From: a virus | DNA length: 64,000 nt | Strand: one strand, 5' to 3' | Virus record (IMG/VR): IMGVR_UViG_3300031669_000002 | Span: 113,975-177,974 of that record | Shown: piece by piece, positions 20,616 to 30,877 of the stretch | Position numbering within the stretch: the first letter of the stretch is position 1 | Layout of the letters: each line of letters opens with the position of its first letter | Position numbers and translations under genes: made by a program | The notes under the pieces: model-generated | What the model saw: only the letters and a program-made list of their open reading frames with translations | Databases searched by the model: none | What the model was told of the DNA's origin: nothing

Positions 20616-21524
20616 ATGAAAACTAAATTACAACAATTTAAAGAACGAAACAGAAAACGCAATGCCCATTTATACATTGATGGGCTAATAGAAGGGTACG
20701 ATTATGTAGTTTGCCCTATTAGCAAGGAACGAATGAGTATGATTAAGAAATCATATATAACAAATGTGTTGGGTATTACAGAAGATGAATACCCAAATAT
20801 ACAGCGAGTTTGTCTAAAGAGGAAAGAGAATATTAAATCTGGGTTAAAACAAATTGATCTGGAAACTGGATTGACTAAACATGAGCTTAGTGTAGAAAAA
20901 GCAAAAGAAGTATTATCGGAAATTGGTAAAGATGGTATGTCGGGCTATGACCGCAAAGGTAAAAAGACTCGTGCCACGCATATGGCCAATATTGATGAAC
21001 TAGGCAGGCATGGATATAGGCGGCAAGCAGATGCAAGGTTAACTACTCTTTTACCCAATGGACTTACAGTAGAAGAAAATGCACATCAGAAACAAAAAGA
21101 ATCAATGCTAAAAAATCACTCTACTGGGTCTGGCGGTGCAAGTAAAATTTCTAAAAAAGTTCTAGCGCCGGTGATTACATTGCTCGAAGCGAACAATCTA
21201 AAATATTACTTTGATAAACAAGAATATGGCATTAAGGACGCAGATACGGGCAATTATTATTTTTATGACCTAACTATTCCAGAATTACACATTGCAATTG
21301 AATATCAATCTGCCGCATGGCACTCTAACCCAGTATGGAAAGACAGTGTGTGGCAACAGTGGGCACCACCAAAAGGAAAAAGAAAAACTGCTAATGAATC
21401 GCTTGAATATGATTATAACAAAGCACGATCGCTGTATAAACATCGTAATATAGTTACGCATTATGTATGGGAAGATACCGTTGATGCAGACGTAGAGAGG
21501 ATATTATGTTTGCTGAAAATGTAA
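20616..21524 (+). mobile_element. Homing endonuclease (Vsr/PD-(D/E)XK-like) between intein halves 1
   Basis: C-terminal YFYDLTIPELHIAIEYQSAAWH and own late promoter. Start at ATG 20616. Confidence 0.75.
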
Positions 21525-22234
21525 ACTACGAAATCTTAACTCCCGACGGATGGCGAGATTTCCGTGGGATTACCATGACAGAGAATAAGATAACCTCGAC
21601 GGTTATCTTAGACAATGGGATCTCAATTTCTGCAACTGATAATCACTATTTCTTTTTAGATGGACAAAAAATACAACTTAAAGATATTGTTGTAGGTAAT
21701 AAATTTGATACCGTTAATGGTAAGGCAACAGTTCTTTCAATTAATACCAACAAAGCAGAATGTGTATATGATATTGTTGAAGTAGATCAGCAAGAACATA
21801 AGTTTATAATTAATGATTCTATTATCACAAAGAATTGTGATGAATTTGCATTCGTAAGAAACACAATTGCGAAAGAATTTTGGACTTCAATTTCTCCAAC
21901 ATTATCAACAGGTGGTAAGGCAATTATTACATCAACTCCAAATAGTGATGAAGATCAATTTTGGGATATCTGGACAAACGCAAACAAGACGCTAGATGAA
22001 TTCGGGAATGAACAAGAGTTAGGAAAAAACGGATTTAAGGCATTCAAGGCACTGTGGCCCGAGCACCCAGATAGAGATGAAAAATGGGCAGCAGACGAAC
22101 GAGGTAGAATTGGAGACGAGCGTTTTCGTCGAGAACACGACTGTCTGAGCGCAAAATCAATCATAACATTGCAAGACACAACAGGCAAAATATTTGATAT
22201 AAATATTGGCGATTTCTTTGATCAGCATAAATAA
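21506..22234 (+). CDS. gp17: Terminase large subunit, part 2 (intein-1 C fragment 110 aa + 102-aa extein + intein-2 N fragment 30 aa)
   Basis: YEILTPDGW, TDNH, VYDI, ITKN|CDEFAFV (Walker B), ITSTPN, RFRREHD|CLSAKSII. Confidence 0.92.
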   Translation: MFAENVNYEILTPDGWRDFRGITMTENKITSTVILDNGISISATDNHYFFLDGQKIQLKDIVVGNKFDTVNGKATVLSINTNKAECVYDIVEVDQQEHKFIINDSIITKNCDEFAFVRNTIAKEFWTSISPTLSTGGKAIITSTPNSDEDQFWDIWTNANKTLDEFGNEQELGKNGFKAFKALWPEHPDRDEKWAADERGRIGDERFRREHDCLSAKSIITLQDTTGKIFDINIGDFFDQHK

Positions 22235-22270
22235 CTTTGCATAATAACGATTTTAGAGAGAACATTAAGT

Positions 22271-23275
22271 ATGGGCGCAGCTTATAGAGAATCAAAATTA
22301 GACAATAATCGATATTGTAAGTCAAACGGTCAATTTACTCGACATCTTCGGTTAAACAACTTAACATACCAAGAATATTTTGAAAAATATATAACCAAGA
22401 CCAGCCCAAAATGTCAATGCGGTAAGCCACTAACTTTTTATCAGAAAACCGAATCATATGCCAATAGTTGCGGTATCCCAAAATGTGTAGGCAAAACAAT
22501 AAGTATTGTTCGACAAAACACACCAATCGAAGCAAAACAAAAACAAGCAGAAAATTATAGACAAGCACAATTCAACAAGACTACAGAACAAAAGAAGAAA
22601 CAGAAAGAAAAGGCAGCAGCAACATATTTTAAGAATTTTGGGACTACCACGTCAAACTCTCCTGTACAGAAAAAGAAATCGGCGCAGACAAAACTACAAA
22701 AATATGGAGATGAAAAATATAACAACAGTCAAAAAAGTGCAGATAAGAATAGAAACAAATCAATTGAAGAACAAGATGCAATTAATGAATCTCGACGAAA
22801 AACTAATATTGAAAAATATGGTGTTTCTTGTGTATTTTTATTGCCTAACAATACCAGAAAATCAAATAAAGGTAATGCATCGATTAAAGATTATGTAATG
22901 CCAAGTGGTGTTAGGGTCGGGGTAAGAGGATACGAGCCAACAGTAATATCAATATTACTTAATCAAAGACACATAGATGATATAGTTATTCAAGACGCCT
23001 ATTCAGATTGTAAGATTGGACCATTTACTTATAGTATGATAAATAGACATACTGCAAACTATTATCCAGATATCTATATACCGTCAGAAAATAAAATCAT
23101 TGAAGTCAAAAGTAGATGGTGGTGGGACGGAAACGGAAAAGAAAAGTATAAATCGAGATTATTAAATAATCTAAGAAAAAGAAAAGCGGTATTAGATAAA
23201 GGATACATATACGAAGTCTGGCTATTTGAAGATAAGAAAAATTATAAGGTTTTAATAGATGACTCAGATTTTTAA
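22271..23275 (+). mobile_element. Homing endonuclease (PD-(D/E)XK) between intein halves 2
   Basis: TYQEY..KY..K..PKC.CG, TNIEKYGV repeat, YYPDIYIPSENKIIEVKS. Confidence 0.8.
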
Positions 23276-24341
23276 ACCAAACACAGAACAATATAAAGTT
23301 CTTACTCCAACAGGATTTCAACATTTTTCGGGAGTATCATTGATGACTTATAAATCAATGATTAGACTCAATTTTGAAAACGATAAATTTATTGATTGCA
23401 CTGCTGATCACAGAATCTATGTGTCTGACATTAAATCTAAGCAGGCATGTAGATTGCGCCGTGGTGAAGAAGTGCTAACAATTGACGGAAGTGTCAAATT
23501 ACTGAATAAGGTAAAATTAAAGGATAAAGTTCCTGTATATGATCTGATTGGTGTCGAAAACGGAGCAAGATTTTACGCTAATTCTCTTCTTGTTTCCAAT
23601 TGCGAGCCAATCATATTTGAAGAGACTCTTATTAATGCAGTTAAATTATCAACGCTAGTAGAAAAAGATCCAGTTGAGAAACAGGGGCAAGTTAGATGGT
23701 ATAAAACTCCTAAGAAAGGCTGCACTTATCTAATTGGATTAGATCCAAGCTTAGGCACTGGTGGAGATTTTGCGGCAATGGAAATAATCGAACTCCCGTC
23801 GATGGAACAAGTAGGAGAATGGCAGAATAACAAGACTCCCATTCAAGCGCAGATTAGGCTATTACGTGACATCACTGATTATATATTTGATATAACAGGC
23901 AACACAAAGAATATCTATTACAGTGTAGAAAATAATACACTTGGTGAAGCAGCATTGGTGGCAATAAGCGAAATAGGGGAAGAGAACATTAAGGGATATT
24001 TCCTAACAGAGACTCTTAAAGCAGGTTCTTCTAGATCATATAGAAAAGGATTTACTACGACTGCTAAATCTAAGCTTACGGCCTGCTCCAAAATCAAACA
24101 GTTAATAGAGACAGACCGCATCACTATAAATAGTAAAAACCTAATTAGCGAACTTAAAACGTTTGTTGCAAGCGGAAACACATACAATGCTAGATCTGGA
24201 GACACAGACGACTTAGTTTCTGCACTACTTCTAACAACAAGAATGATGCAAACGATGCAATCTTACGATTTAGAGTTAGATACTCGTATGAGAGGCACAG
24301 ATGAGCCAATAGTTATGCCACTTCCATTCCTAATGGGATAA
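23259..24341 (+). CDS. gp17: Terminase large subunit, part 3 (intein-2 C fragment 114 aa + nuclease domain)
   Basis: YKVLTPTGF, CTADH, VYDL, LVSN|CEPIIFEETLI. RNase-H-like nuclease motifs GLDPSLGTGGD, VENN, DDLV. Confidence 0.92.
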   Translation: MTQIFKPNTEQYKVLTPTGFQHFSGVSLMTYKSMIRLNFENDKFIDCTADHRIYVSDIKSKQACRLRRGEEVLTIDGSVKLLNKVKLKDKVPVYDLIGVENGARFYANSLLVSNCEPIIFEETLINAVKLSTLVEKDPVEKQGQVRWYKTPKKGCTYLIGLDPSLGTGGDFAAMEIIELPSMEQVGEWQNNKTPIQAQIRLLRDITDYIFDITGNTKNIYYSVENNTLGEAALVAISEIGEENIKGYFLTETLKAGSSRSYRKGFTTTAKSKLTACSKIKQLIETDRITINSKNLISELKTFVASGNTYNARSGDTDDLVSALLLTTRMMQTMQSYDLELDTRMRGTDEPIVMPLPFLMG

Positions 24342-24363
24342 ATATTAAATACTAGGCAAATAT

Positions 24364-26001
24364 ATGACACAAGAACTGGATGGAGTTGCAACTCAATTAT
24401 TTGAAAAGATCAGAGCCCGATTTGACAAAGTAAGTGTCGGAGATGAAGGCGGCAAAGCCACGACTGACCCAGCACAGGCTAGGTTCTTTAACTTTGACTT
24501 CATTGACGAAGACGGAAATAATTTTGGCAACGTTACGATTAGTCTAATTGATGAAGAAAGTCTAAAAGTTTATTTTGGTAAGAATCTAAGTGCAGACTTA
24601 GACGATGCACAGAAAGCAGATTGGTATAACTTCTTACGCGACCTGCGTATGTTTGCAATGAGAAATCTACTTAAATTTGATACTAGAGATATCAGTCGTA
24701 GCAATCTTAACATTAAAGACATACAGCAGCAAGCAAAAGCTGCTCGCCCTGCAACCCTTGATGACAACCTAGTTGCTGAAACAGCCGAATTCGCCAGCGT
24801 AGAATATATTCAGACAGAGCTTGATCACGCAAAACACGTGTTATCTATTGCTCAAGAAAACTTAGAGAATATTAAGAAGCGCGGAGGCGCCAACGAGAAT
24901 TCGCAGCGAGTAGCAGTTAATAAATTAAAACGCCAAGTATCTGACCTTAGTGATGAGCTACGTCGTGCTAAGACACCGGTGTCTGAGGGAAAGCTTTACG
25001 GAACTACAAAAACAAGCTACGAATCAATAGCACCTGGCACACGATTAATCATACGACACTCGTCTCCCGTCGACGAAGCAGTGCATGGCGCAAGATCACG
25101 AAAAATACACGCAGTATATATTGAAGATGCTGAAGGGCAGAGATTTAAATCACCTTTTACTAATTTAACAGGCACAAGGGCACTTGCTCGTCACATATCA
25201 AATGGCGGTCAAATTAATGATGATTTTAGCAGTCATATCGTCGAAATGTGCGAGGAAATGAGCAAAATACGCAGCTTTATTCAAGGTTCTCGCAACAAAA
25301 CATTCGAGGACGCAGAAGCAAATGATATGGTTGATGCAGCTAAAGAACGCTATCAAACCTTGCATCAAATGCTAGGCAAGCTAAAAAATCCTCGCGGATA
25401 TAAATTTTACAAAGAGAGCTGGAAGCCAGCATCTACTCTACAAGATGATATCGATTTAGAAGAACTTAAAGGAAAGTTTGTTCTTAAAGACTTCGACGAT
25501 AGACTCGAAGCAGCCTTGCCGCACGTTTATAGAGCATATCACGCTCACAAAGGAGCAGAAATGCACAATACACCAGCTATCAATTCACACGTAGATGAGT
25601 TCGAAGAAAGTTTAGATCGTATTGCTGAAGGAACATGGGAAGTGCCTGACAATGATATGGCAATCAAAAGATTGCAAGATCTAATGTCAGATGTATTCCC
25701 AGCAGGTATTGACGGTGCCGATGCAACTGCCGCTCTACAAGATATTATTGGAGATGATGAGCTTTATGCTGATATCTATGCAGCATCAGAGGGATCACCC
25801 GACACAGATGTTCGCCCTATCGTATATGATTGGTTGCAAAATAATATGCCATCAGTATTTGAAAAAATTAAAGGTAACATAGAATCAGGCGATGAAGAAG
25901 AACAACCTCCTGCACCAGAACAAGAAGAACCAGCAGCAGAAGAACAGCCACGGGAATCAACTGATCTATCCGCAATACGCAGATTGGCAGGAATTAAATA
26001 A
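24364..26001 (+). CDS. Conserved hypothetical late protein (545 aa)
   Basis: Long ORF after terL ending IRRLAGIK. Confidence 0.8.
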   Translation: MTQELDGVATQLFEKIRARFDKVSVGDEGGKATTDPAQARFFNFDFIDEDGNNFGNVTISLIDEESLKVYFGKNLSADLDDAQKADWYNFLRDLRMFAMRNLLKFDTRDISRSNLNIKDIQQQAKAARPATLDDNLVAETAEFASVEYIQTELDHAKHVLSIAQENLENIKKRGGANENSQRVAVNKLKRQVSDLSDELRRAKTPVSEGKLYGTTKTSYESIAPGTRLIIRHSSPVDEAVHGARSRKIHAVYIEDAEGQRFKSPFTNLTGTRALARHISNGGQINDDFSSHIVEMCEEMSKIRSFIQGSRNKTFEDAEANDMVDAAKERYQTLHQMLGKLKNPRGYKFYKESWKPASTLQDDIDLEELKGKFVLKDFDDRLEAALPHVYRAYHAHKGAEMHNTPAINSHVDEFEESLDRIAEGTWEVPDNDMAIKRLQDLMSDVFPAGIDGADATAALQDIIGDDELYADIYAASEGSPDTDVRPIVYDWLQNNMPSVFEKIKGNIESGDEEEQPPAPEQEEPAAEEQPRESTDLSAIRRLAGIK

Positions 26002-26012
26002 AAGGAAATAAA

Positions 26013-26204
26013 ATGTTCAAATATTTAGGTATAGTCGCATCGTCAGTTGTTAATAAAATTTTTAGTTTTACTACACCAGCATTGATGAATAACTCATCTG
26101 TTATTGCAAATATGTTCTCAGTAACGGTAAATTCTTCTACGGGCGAATTCGTCGCAGTTGGATATAATGGTTCCGTCTATCCAGTATATGCAGTATCTAA
26201 CTAG
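26013..26204 (+). CDS. Small hypothetical protein
   Basis: RBS AAGGA, 63 aa. Confidence 0.55.
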   Translation: MFKYLGIVASSVVNKIFSFTTPALMNNSSVIANMFSVTVNSSTGEFVAVGYNGSVYPVYAVSN

Positions 26205-26248
26205 TAAATTAACAAGAATCAACTAAATAATAATAACCGGAGAATAAA

Positions 26249-26803
26249 ATGGGTAATGCATCAGATTTTTTTAGAAAGTTTCAACCGCTTTTCGAAGCCA
26301 AAGAGTTAGTAGAGGCAATCAACGTTAAATTAGTGATGGGTAACTATCAAGTTATGGTTGACGGCGTATGTAAGGGCAAATATACTGCAAAGTACGAAGC
26401 AGACGAACATGCTTCTCAATTAAAAGATAAAGCCAAAAAAGAAGCAACAAAGAAGAAAAACAAGAAACCCGAAAACGTCAAAGAAACCGCAGCTGACTTC
26501 TTCCGTAAGTATTCTGATATCATTTCTGAGGCTGAGGAGAAAGAAGAAGTATGCCCAAAGTGTTGCAAAGAAGTTTGTGTCTGCGACGAATCTAAAGATA
26601 AGAAAAAATCCGCAAAGAAAGTATCTGAGTCTTGGGACGAAGATGAGGAAGACCCAGACGTCAAAATAGCCGACAAAGAAAAAGGCAAGGACAAGAAGAC
26701 ACAAAAAGATACCGAAAAAGGTAAAAAGTGGAACTTCGAAAAAGCTGACAAGAAAGACCAAGACAAGGCAGCTAAAAAGGTAGCTAAGGGCGAAGACGAG
26801 TAA
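26249..26803 (+). CDS. Charged hypothetical protein
   Basis: RBS GGAG, late promoter, internal repeat (S/A)DFFRK. Confidence 0.75.
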   Translation: MGNASDFFRKFQPLFEAKELVEAINVKLVMGNYQVMVDGVCKGKYTAKYEADEHASQLKDKAKKEATKKKNKKPENVKETAADFFRKYSDIISEAEEKEEVCPKCCKEVCVCDESKDKKKSAKKVSESWDEDEEDPDVKIADKEKGKDKKTQKDTEKGKKWNFEKADKKDQDKAAKKVAKGEDE

Positions 26804-26824
26804 TCGAACAAACCCACGTAATAC

Positions 26825-26856
26825 AATAAGAGACACTTCGGTGTCTTTTATTTTAT
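26825..26856 (+). terminator. Intrinsic terminator
   Basis: AATAAGAGACAC-TTCG-GTGTCTTTTATT plus T tract. Confidence 0.8.
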
Positions 26857-27025
26857 CTTTAAGAACGGTTAAAATAGTTTGCTAAAACCGGCTAAAATAC
26901 ATACCATTAGCATTGCAATTGCATAAATAGATATGTTAGAGTAGTTGCAGTAAGGATAACTACTTTATCAAATAGCGAAACATCATGGAAGTACTAACAG
27001 AGACCAACTCAAGGAGAAACACAAA

Positions 27026-28009
27026 ATGGCAATGACATTAGCAGAAATTAGAGCAAAGCTCTTATCGCAAGAAAACAAAGGTTCCGGCAACACAGGCAGT
27101 TTTGGAGACGGCACCGTATATCCCCACTGGAATATCAAAGAAGGCGAAACAGCTCGTATTCGTTTCCTGCCTGACTCCGATCCAAAGAATAACTTTTTCT
27201 GGGTCGAACGCGCAATGATCAAGCTGCCTTTCGCAGGCATCAAAGGTCAAGCAGATAGCAAACCAGTTATTGTTCAAGTACCATGCATTGAAATGTGGCC
27301 AGATATGGGTATGTGCCCAATCTTGACAGAAGTTCGTACTTGGTTCAAAGACAAAGACATGGAAGAAATGGGTCGTAAGTATTGGAAAAAGAAATCATAC
27401 TTGTTCCAAGGCTTCGTTCGTGAAAATCCAATGTCGGATGACAAAGCACCAGAAAATCCAATTCGTCGTTTCATTATCAGCCCACAGATTTTTAATCTTG
27501 TGAAGTCTGCTTTAATGGATTCAGAACTTGAGAATCTGCCAACAGATTACCAAAACGGGTTAGACTTTACTGTTGTTAAATCAGCAAAAGGCGGATACGC
27601 AGACTACAGCACCAGCAAATGGTCACGTAAAGAATCGGCAATTACTGCCGACGAAGCAGACGCAATTGAGAAGTTTGGTTTATTTAACCTTTCAGACTTT
27701 TTGCCGAAGCGTCCTACAGCAGAAGACTTAGTTATCATGAAGGAAATGTTTGAAGCATCTGTAAATGGAGAAGCATACGACACTGACAAGTGGAGCAAGC
27801 ACTTCAAACCAGCAGGTATGCAAACAGCATCCGACGACGTTCCAGCTGACTCAACGACTACATCAGCTCCTGCCGCAAAGGTAGAAACAGTAGTTGAAAA
27901 GACAGCAACTACAGTGGAAACACCAGTTGCTGAAAAAGCTGCACCAGCAGGCGGAAGTAGAGCTGAAGAAATCTTAGCTCAGATTCGCAATCGTCAAAAA
28001 GCCTCGTAA
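27026..28009 (+). CDS. gp32: Single-stranded DNA-binding protein (T4 gp32-like)
   Basis: LAEIRAKL, RIRFLPD, VQVPC.EM...CPIL, KYWKKKSYLFQGFV, GYADYSTS.W, ILAQIRNR tail. Confidence 0.92.
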   Translation: MAMTLAEIRAKLLSQENKGSGNTGSFGDGTVYPHWNIKEGETARIRFLPDSDPKNNFFWVERAMIKLPFAGIKGQADSKPVIVQVPCIEMWPDMGMCPILTEVRTWFKDKDMEEMGRKYWKKKSYLFQGFVRENPMSDDKAPENPIRRFIISPQIFNLVKSALMDSELENLPTDYQNGLDFTVVKSAKGGYADYSTSKWSRKESAITADEADAIEKFGLFNLSDFLPKRPTAEDLVIMKEMFEASVNGEAYDTDKWSKHFKPAGMQTASDDVPADSTTTSAPAAKVETVVEKTATTVETPVAEKAAPAGGSRAEEILAQIRNRQKAS

Positions 28010-28019
28010 CAGCATCAAA

Positions 28020-28056
28020 AACACTAGACAGAGAAATTCTGTCTAGTGTTTCTTCT
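28020..28056 (+). terminator. Intrinsic terminator after gp32
   Basis: ACACTAGACAGA-GAAA-T-TCTGTCTAGTGT plus T tract. Confidence 0.8.
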
Positions 28057-28072
28057 TTAAGGACATTGAAAA

Positions 28073-28693
28073 GTGTATCTACCATATGTATATCTTGTTA
28101 AAAATAAAATAACAGGTGAGTTTTATTATGGTTCTCGCACAAACAATGTTAAAGAGAAAAGAACACCTGACGAAGACTTATGGGTTTATTATTTTACATC
28201 TTCAGCAAACGTGAAAAATCGAATAAAGGAGTACGGCAAAGAGTCTTTTGAAACTTCGGTAATATTTTGTTATGAGGATTATGATGTCTGCTATTGGTAT
28301 GAACAAGTATTGATTCGTGAACATAAAGATAGTATACTTTGTTTAAATGGAACATATCTTGACCCAGATTCAGGAACACGGAAATTTTCAGGACACGGAA
28401 GAACACCAGAAGATGAAGCCAAACGCGGCGCGGCCATAAGTGCAGCAAAACAAGGCAAGGGTAATGGACATGTAGGATTTATTCATTCTGACAAAACAAA
28501 ACGAAAGCAGGCAGCACAAAAAGGTTGGAAGCATTCTGAAGAAGCAAAGATGAAGATGAGAGGTCGAATAAGATCGGGCAAACACAACAAAAATATCGGC
28601 AACGGACTAAGGAATAAACCATGGTCTGAAGCAAGAAGAGAAGCATATTTAAAAGGAAAGAAAAATGACCAAAGCATTAAACAAGAAGATTGA
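28073..28693 (+). mobile_element. GIY-YIG-like homing endonuclease with NUMOD3
   Basis: PYVYLVKNKITGEFYYGSR, YFTSS, HSEEAK repeats. Confidence 0.8.
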
Positions 28694-28826
28694 CAAAATT
28701 CGAAATAGTAGAGCAAAATCATTTAGTGATAAAGTTACTTCTACAATGATTGACGACTGCAGAGAACATCAAAAAGAAACAAATAGGTTGATTCAAGAAG
28801 CACAAAATTCTACAGGAGTAAAATAA
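28665..28826 (+). CDS. 53-aa small ORF
   Basis: RBS AAAGGA. MTKALNKKIDK...STGVK ends two bases before uvsX. Confidence 0.5.
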   Translation: MTKALNKKIDKIRNSRAKSFSDKVTSTMIDDCREHQKETNRLIQEAQNSTGVK

Positions 28827-28828
28827 TT

Positions 28829-29902
28829 ATGGCCGGACGCCCATTTGATATCTCAAAATTTAGTAAATCTATCACTAAGTCCATCGACGGGCTAGGCGTA
28901 GGTTTCAATGATCCAACAGATTGGATCAGCACAGGAAATTACACTCTCAATTATTTAATCAGCGGCGACTTCCATAAAGGAATACCGTTAGGAAAAGTTA
29001 CCGTATTTGCCGGAGAATCCGGTGCAGGAAAATCATACATCTGTTCAGGCAATGTAATCAAATACGCGCAAGAGCAAGGAATTTTTGTAATCTTAATTGA
29101 CACAGAAAATGCACTTGACGAATCCTGGTTGCAAGCACTAGGCGTAGATACATCAGAAGAAAAACTACTCAAGCTCAGTCTATGTATGATTGATGACGTA
29201 GCAAAAACTATTTCGGAGTTTATGAAAGAGTATAAGATGATGGAACCAGAAGCACGACCAAAAATCTTATTTGTTATTGACAGCTTGGGAATGTTATTAA
29301 CACCAACAGACGTAAATCAGTTTGAAGCAGGTGATATGAAGGGTGATATGGGACGTAAACCAAAGGCTCTTACGGCACTTGTTCGTAATTGCGTGAATAT
29401 GTTTGGCAACTACAATGTTGGTTTGGTTGCAACGAACCACACATACGCATCACAAGACCCGTATAATCCAGATCCAAATATCTCAGGCGGACAAGGTTTC
29501 GTTTATGCATCATCAATTGTAGTAGCAATGAAAAAGCTAAAACTAAAAGAAGATGAAGACGGAAACAAAACAAAAGAAGTAAATGGTATTCGTGCAGGCT
29601 GCAAGATTATGAAAACACGCTATGCAAAGCCTTTCGAAGATATCCAAGTTCAGATTCCGTATGACACTGGGATGAGCGAATATAGTGGATTATTTGATTT
29701 ATTAGAGACTAAAAAATTAATTACCAAAGAAGGCAATAGATATGTTTACACTGACCTTGCAGGAACTGAACACAAATACTTCCGCAAGCAATGGAACAAG
29801 AATGAAAATGGTATTTTTGATTTAGTATTAGGCGAATTTTACAAAAAAATTATTACTGTTTCTTCTATAGAACTCGACGGCGAGGTAGAGACAGAAGAAT
29901 AA
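28829..29902 (+). CDS. uvsX: RecA-like recombinase UvsX
   Basis: WISTGNYTLNYLISG, Walker A AGESGAGKS, IDTENALD, FVIDSLG, SGG.GF.YASS. Confidence 0.95.
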   Translation: MAGRPFDISKFSKSITKSIDGLGVGFNDPTDWISTGNYTLNYLISGDFHKGIPLGKVTVFAGESGAGKSYICSGNVIKYAQEQGIFVILIDTENALDESWLQALGVDTSEEKLLKLSLCMIDDVAKTISEFMKEYKMMEPEARPKILFVIDSLGMLLTPTDVNQFEAGDMKGDMGRKPKALTALVRNCVNMFGNYNVGLVATNHTYASQDPYNPDPNISGGQGFVYASSIVVAMKKLKLKEDEDGNKTKEVNGIRAGCKIMKTRYAKPFEDIQVQIPYDTGMSEYSGLFDLLETKKLITKEGNRYVYTDLAGTEHKYFRKQWNKNENGIFDLVLGEFYKKIITVSSIELDGEVETEE

Positions 29903-29946
29903 TACGGATACATAGCAATTGCATAAATAGAATTAAGGAGATTGCT

Positions 29947-30672
29947 ATGTATTACGTTTATGCACTAATTGATCTAAGAACTAAGTTGCCTTTTTATGTT
30001 GGAAAGGGTAAAAAAGAAAATATTAGGCACTTAGATCATTTTAAGGAATCGGTCGATCATAATAGTAATAGGCATAAGATCTTTAAGATGAATCATCTTC
30101 GATCTCTTGGTTTAGATATTCCAGTTGAGATTCTTAATGATAATATAGAAGATGAAGATAATGCGTATGATATTGAATCTTCTTATATTAGAAAATATGG
30201 TCGAGAAAATATTGACCCAGGCGGAATTTTAGTTAATATACTTCTGGATAGTAGAAAACCTCCTAGTGCCAAGGGAAAAAAGCAATCAGCTACACATAAA
30301 GCAAAAAGGGCAGCAAGCAGAAAAAAAACAGTAGCCGAACGAGGTCTTCCGCCACAGAGTTTATTGCAAAGAAATCTGGCATCAGAAAGAATGAAAGGAG
30401 AAAAGAATCATTTTTATGGTAAGTCGCATTCAATTGAATTTAGTAGGGCACAATCAGAAATGATGCAAGGCAACCAATTTAATGCTAAAGACTATGAGTT
30501 TATTTCGCCTTCAGGAGAAAAATTCCAGGTTAGTGGTTTTGCAAAATTCTGTCGAGAGAATAATTTAAGTATTGCTACAATGGAAAAAGGGATGTATAAA
30601 AATAAATGGCCCATTACAGGGAAATGTGTTGGGTGGAAAGTAAAACAACAGGATAAAAACAATGAATATTGA
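29947..30672 (+). mobile_element. GIY-YIG-like homing endonuclease
   Basis: YYVYALID....PFYVGKG, NUMOD3 HSIEF, own late promoter. Confidence 0.8.
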
Positions 30673-30877
30673 TACATTAATTGAAGCCTACTCAATCTTA
30701 AAGCAGTATATACCTGCAAAAGATCGACAAGAAGCGGCAGATAATTTGATGACTGCAATGACAGATATGTTGGGAGACCAAGACTTGAAAGAGTTAAGCG
30801 GAGTAGATGCGCCTCTTGGACGAGCATATAAAGAATATGCAGTTATTGAAGATGACCTCGATTTTGACAACGATTAA
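30662..30877 (+). CDS. Conserved small hypothetical protein
   Basis: 71 aa, YIPAKDRQEAAD. Sits between uvsX and uvsY. Confidence 0.75.
   Translation: MNIDTLIEAYSILKQYIPAKDRQEAADNLMTAMTDMLGDQDLKELSGVDAPLGRAYKEYAVIEDDLDFDND

Noticed and set aside
26416-26836. Two minus-strand hydrophobic ORFs
   Set aside because: Antisense shadows of the Lys/Glu-rich plus-strand gene 26249..26803.
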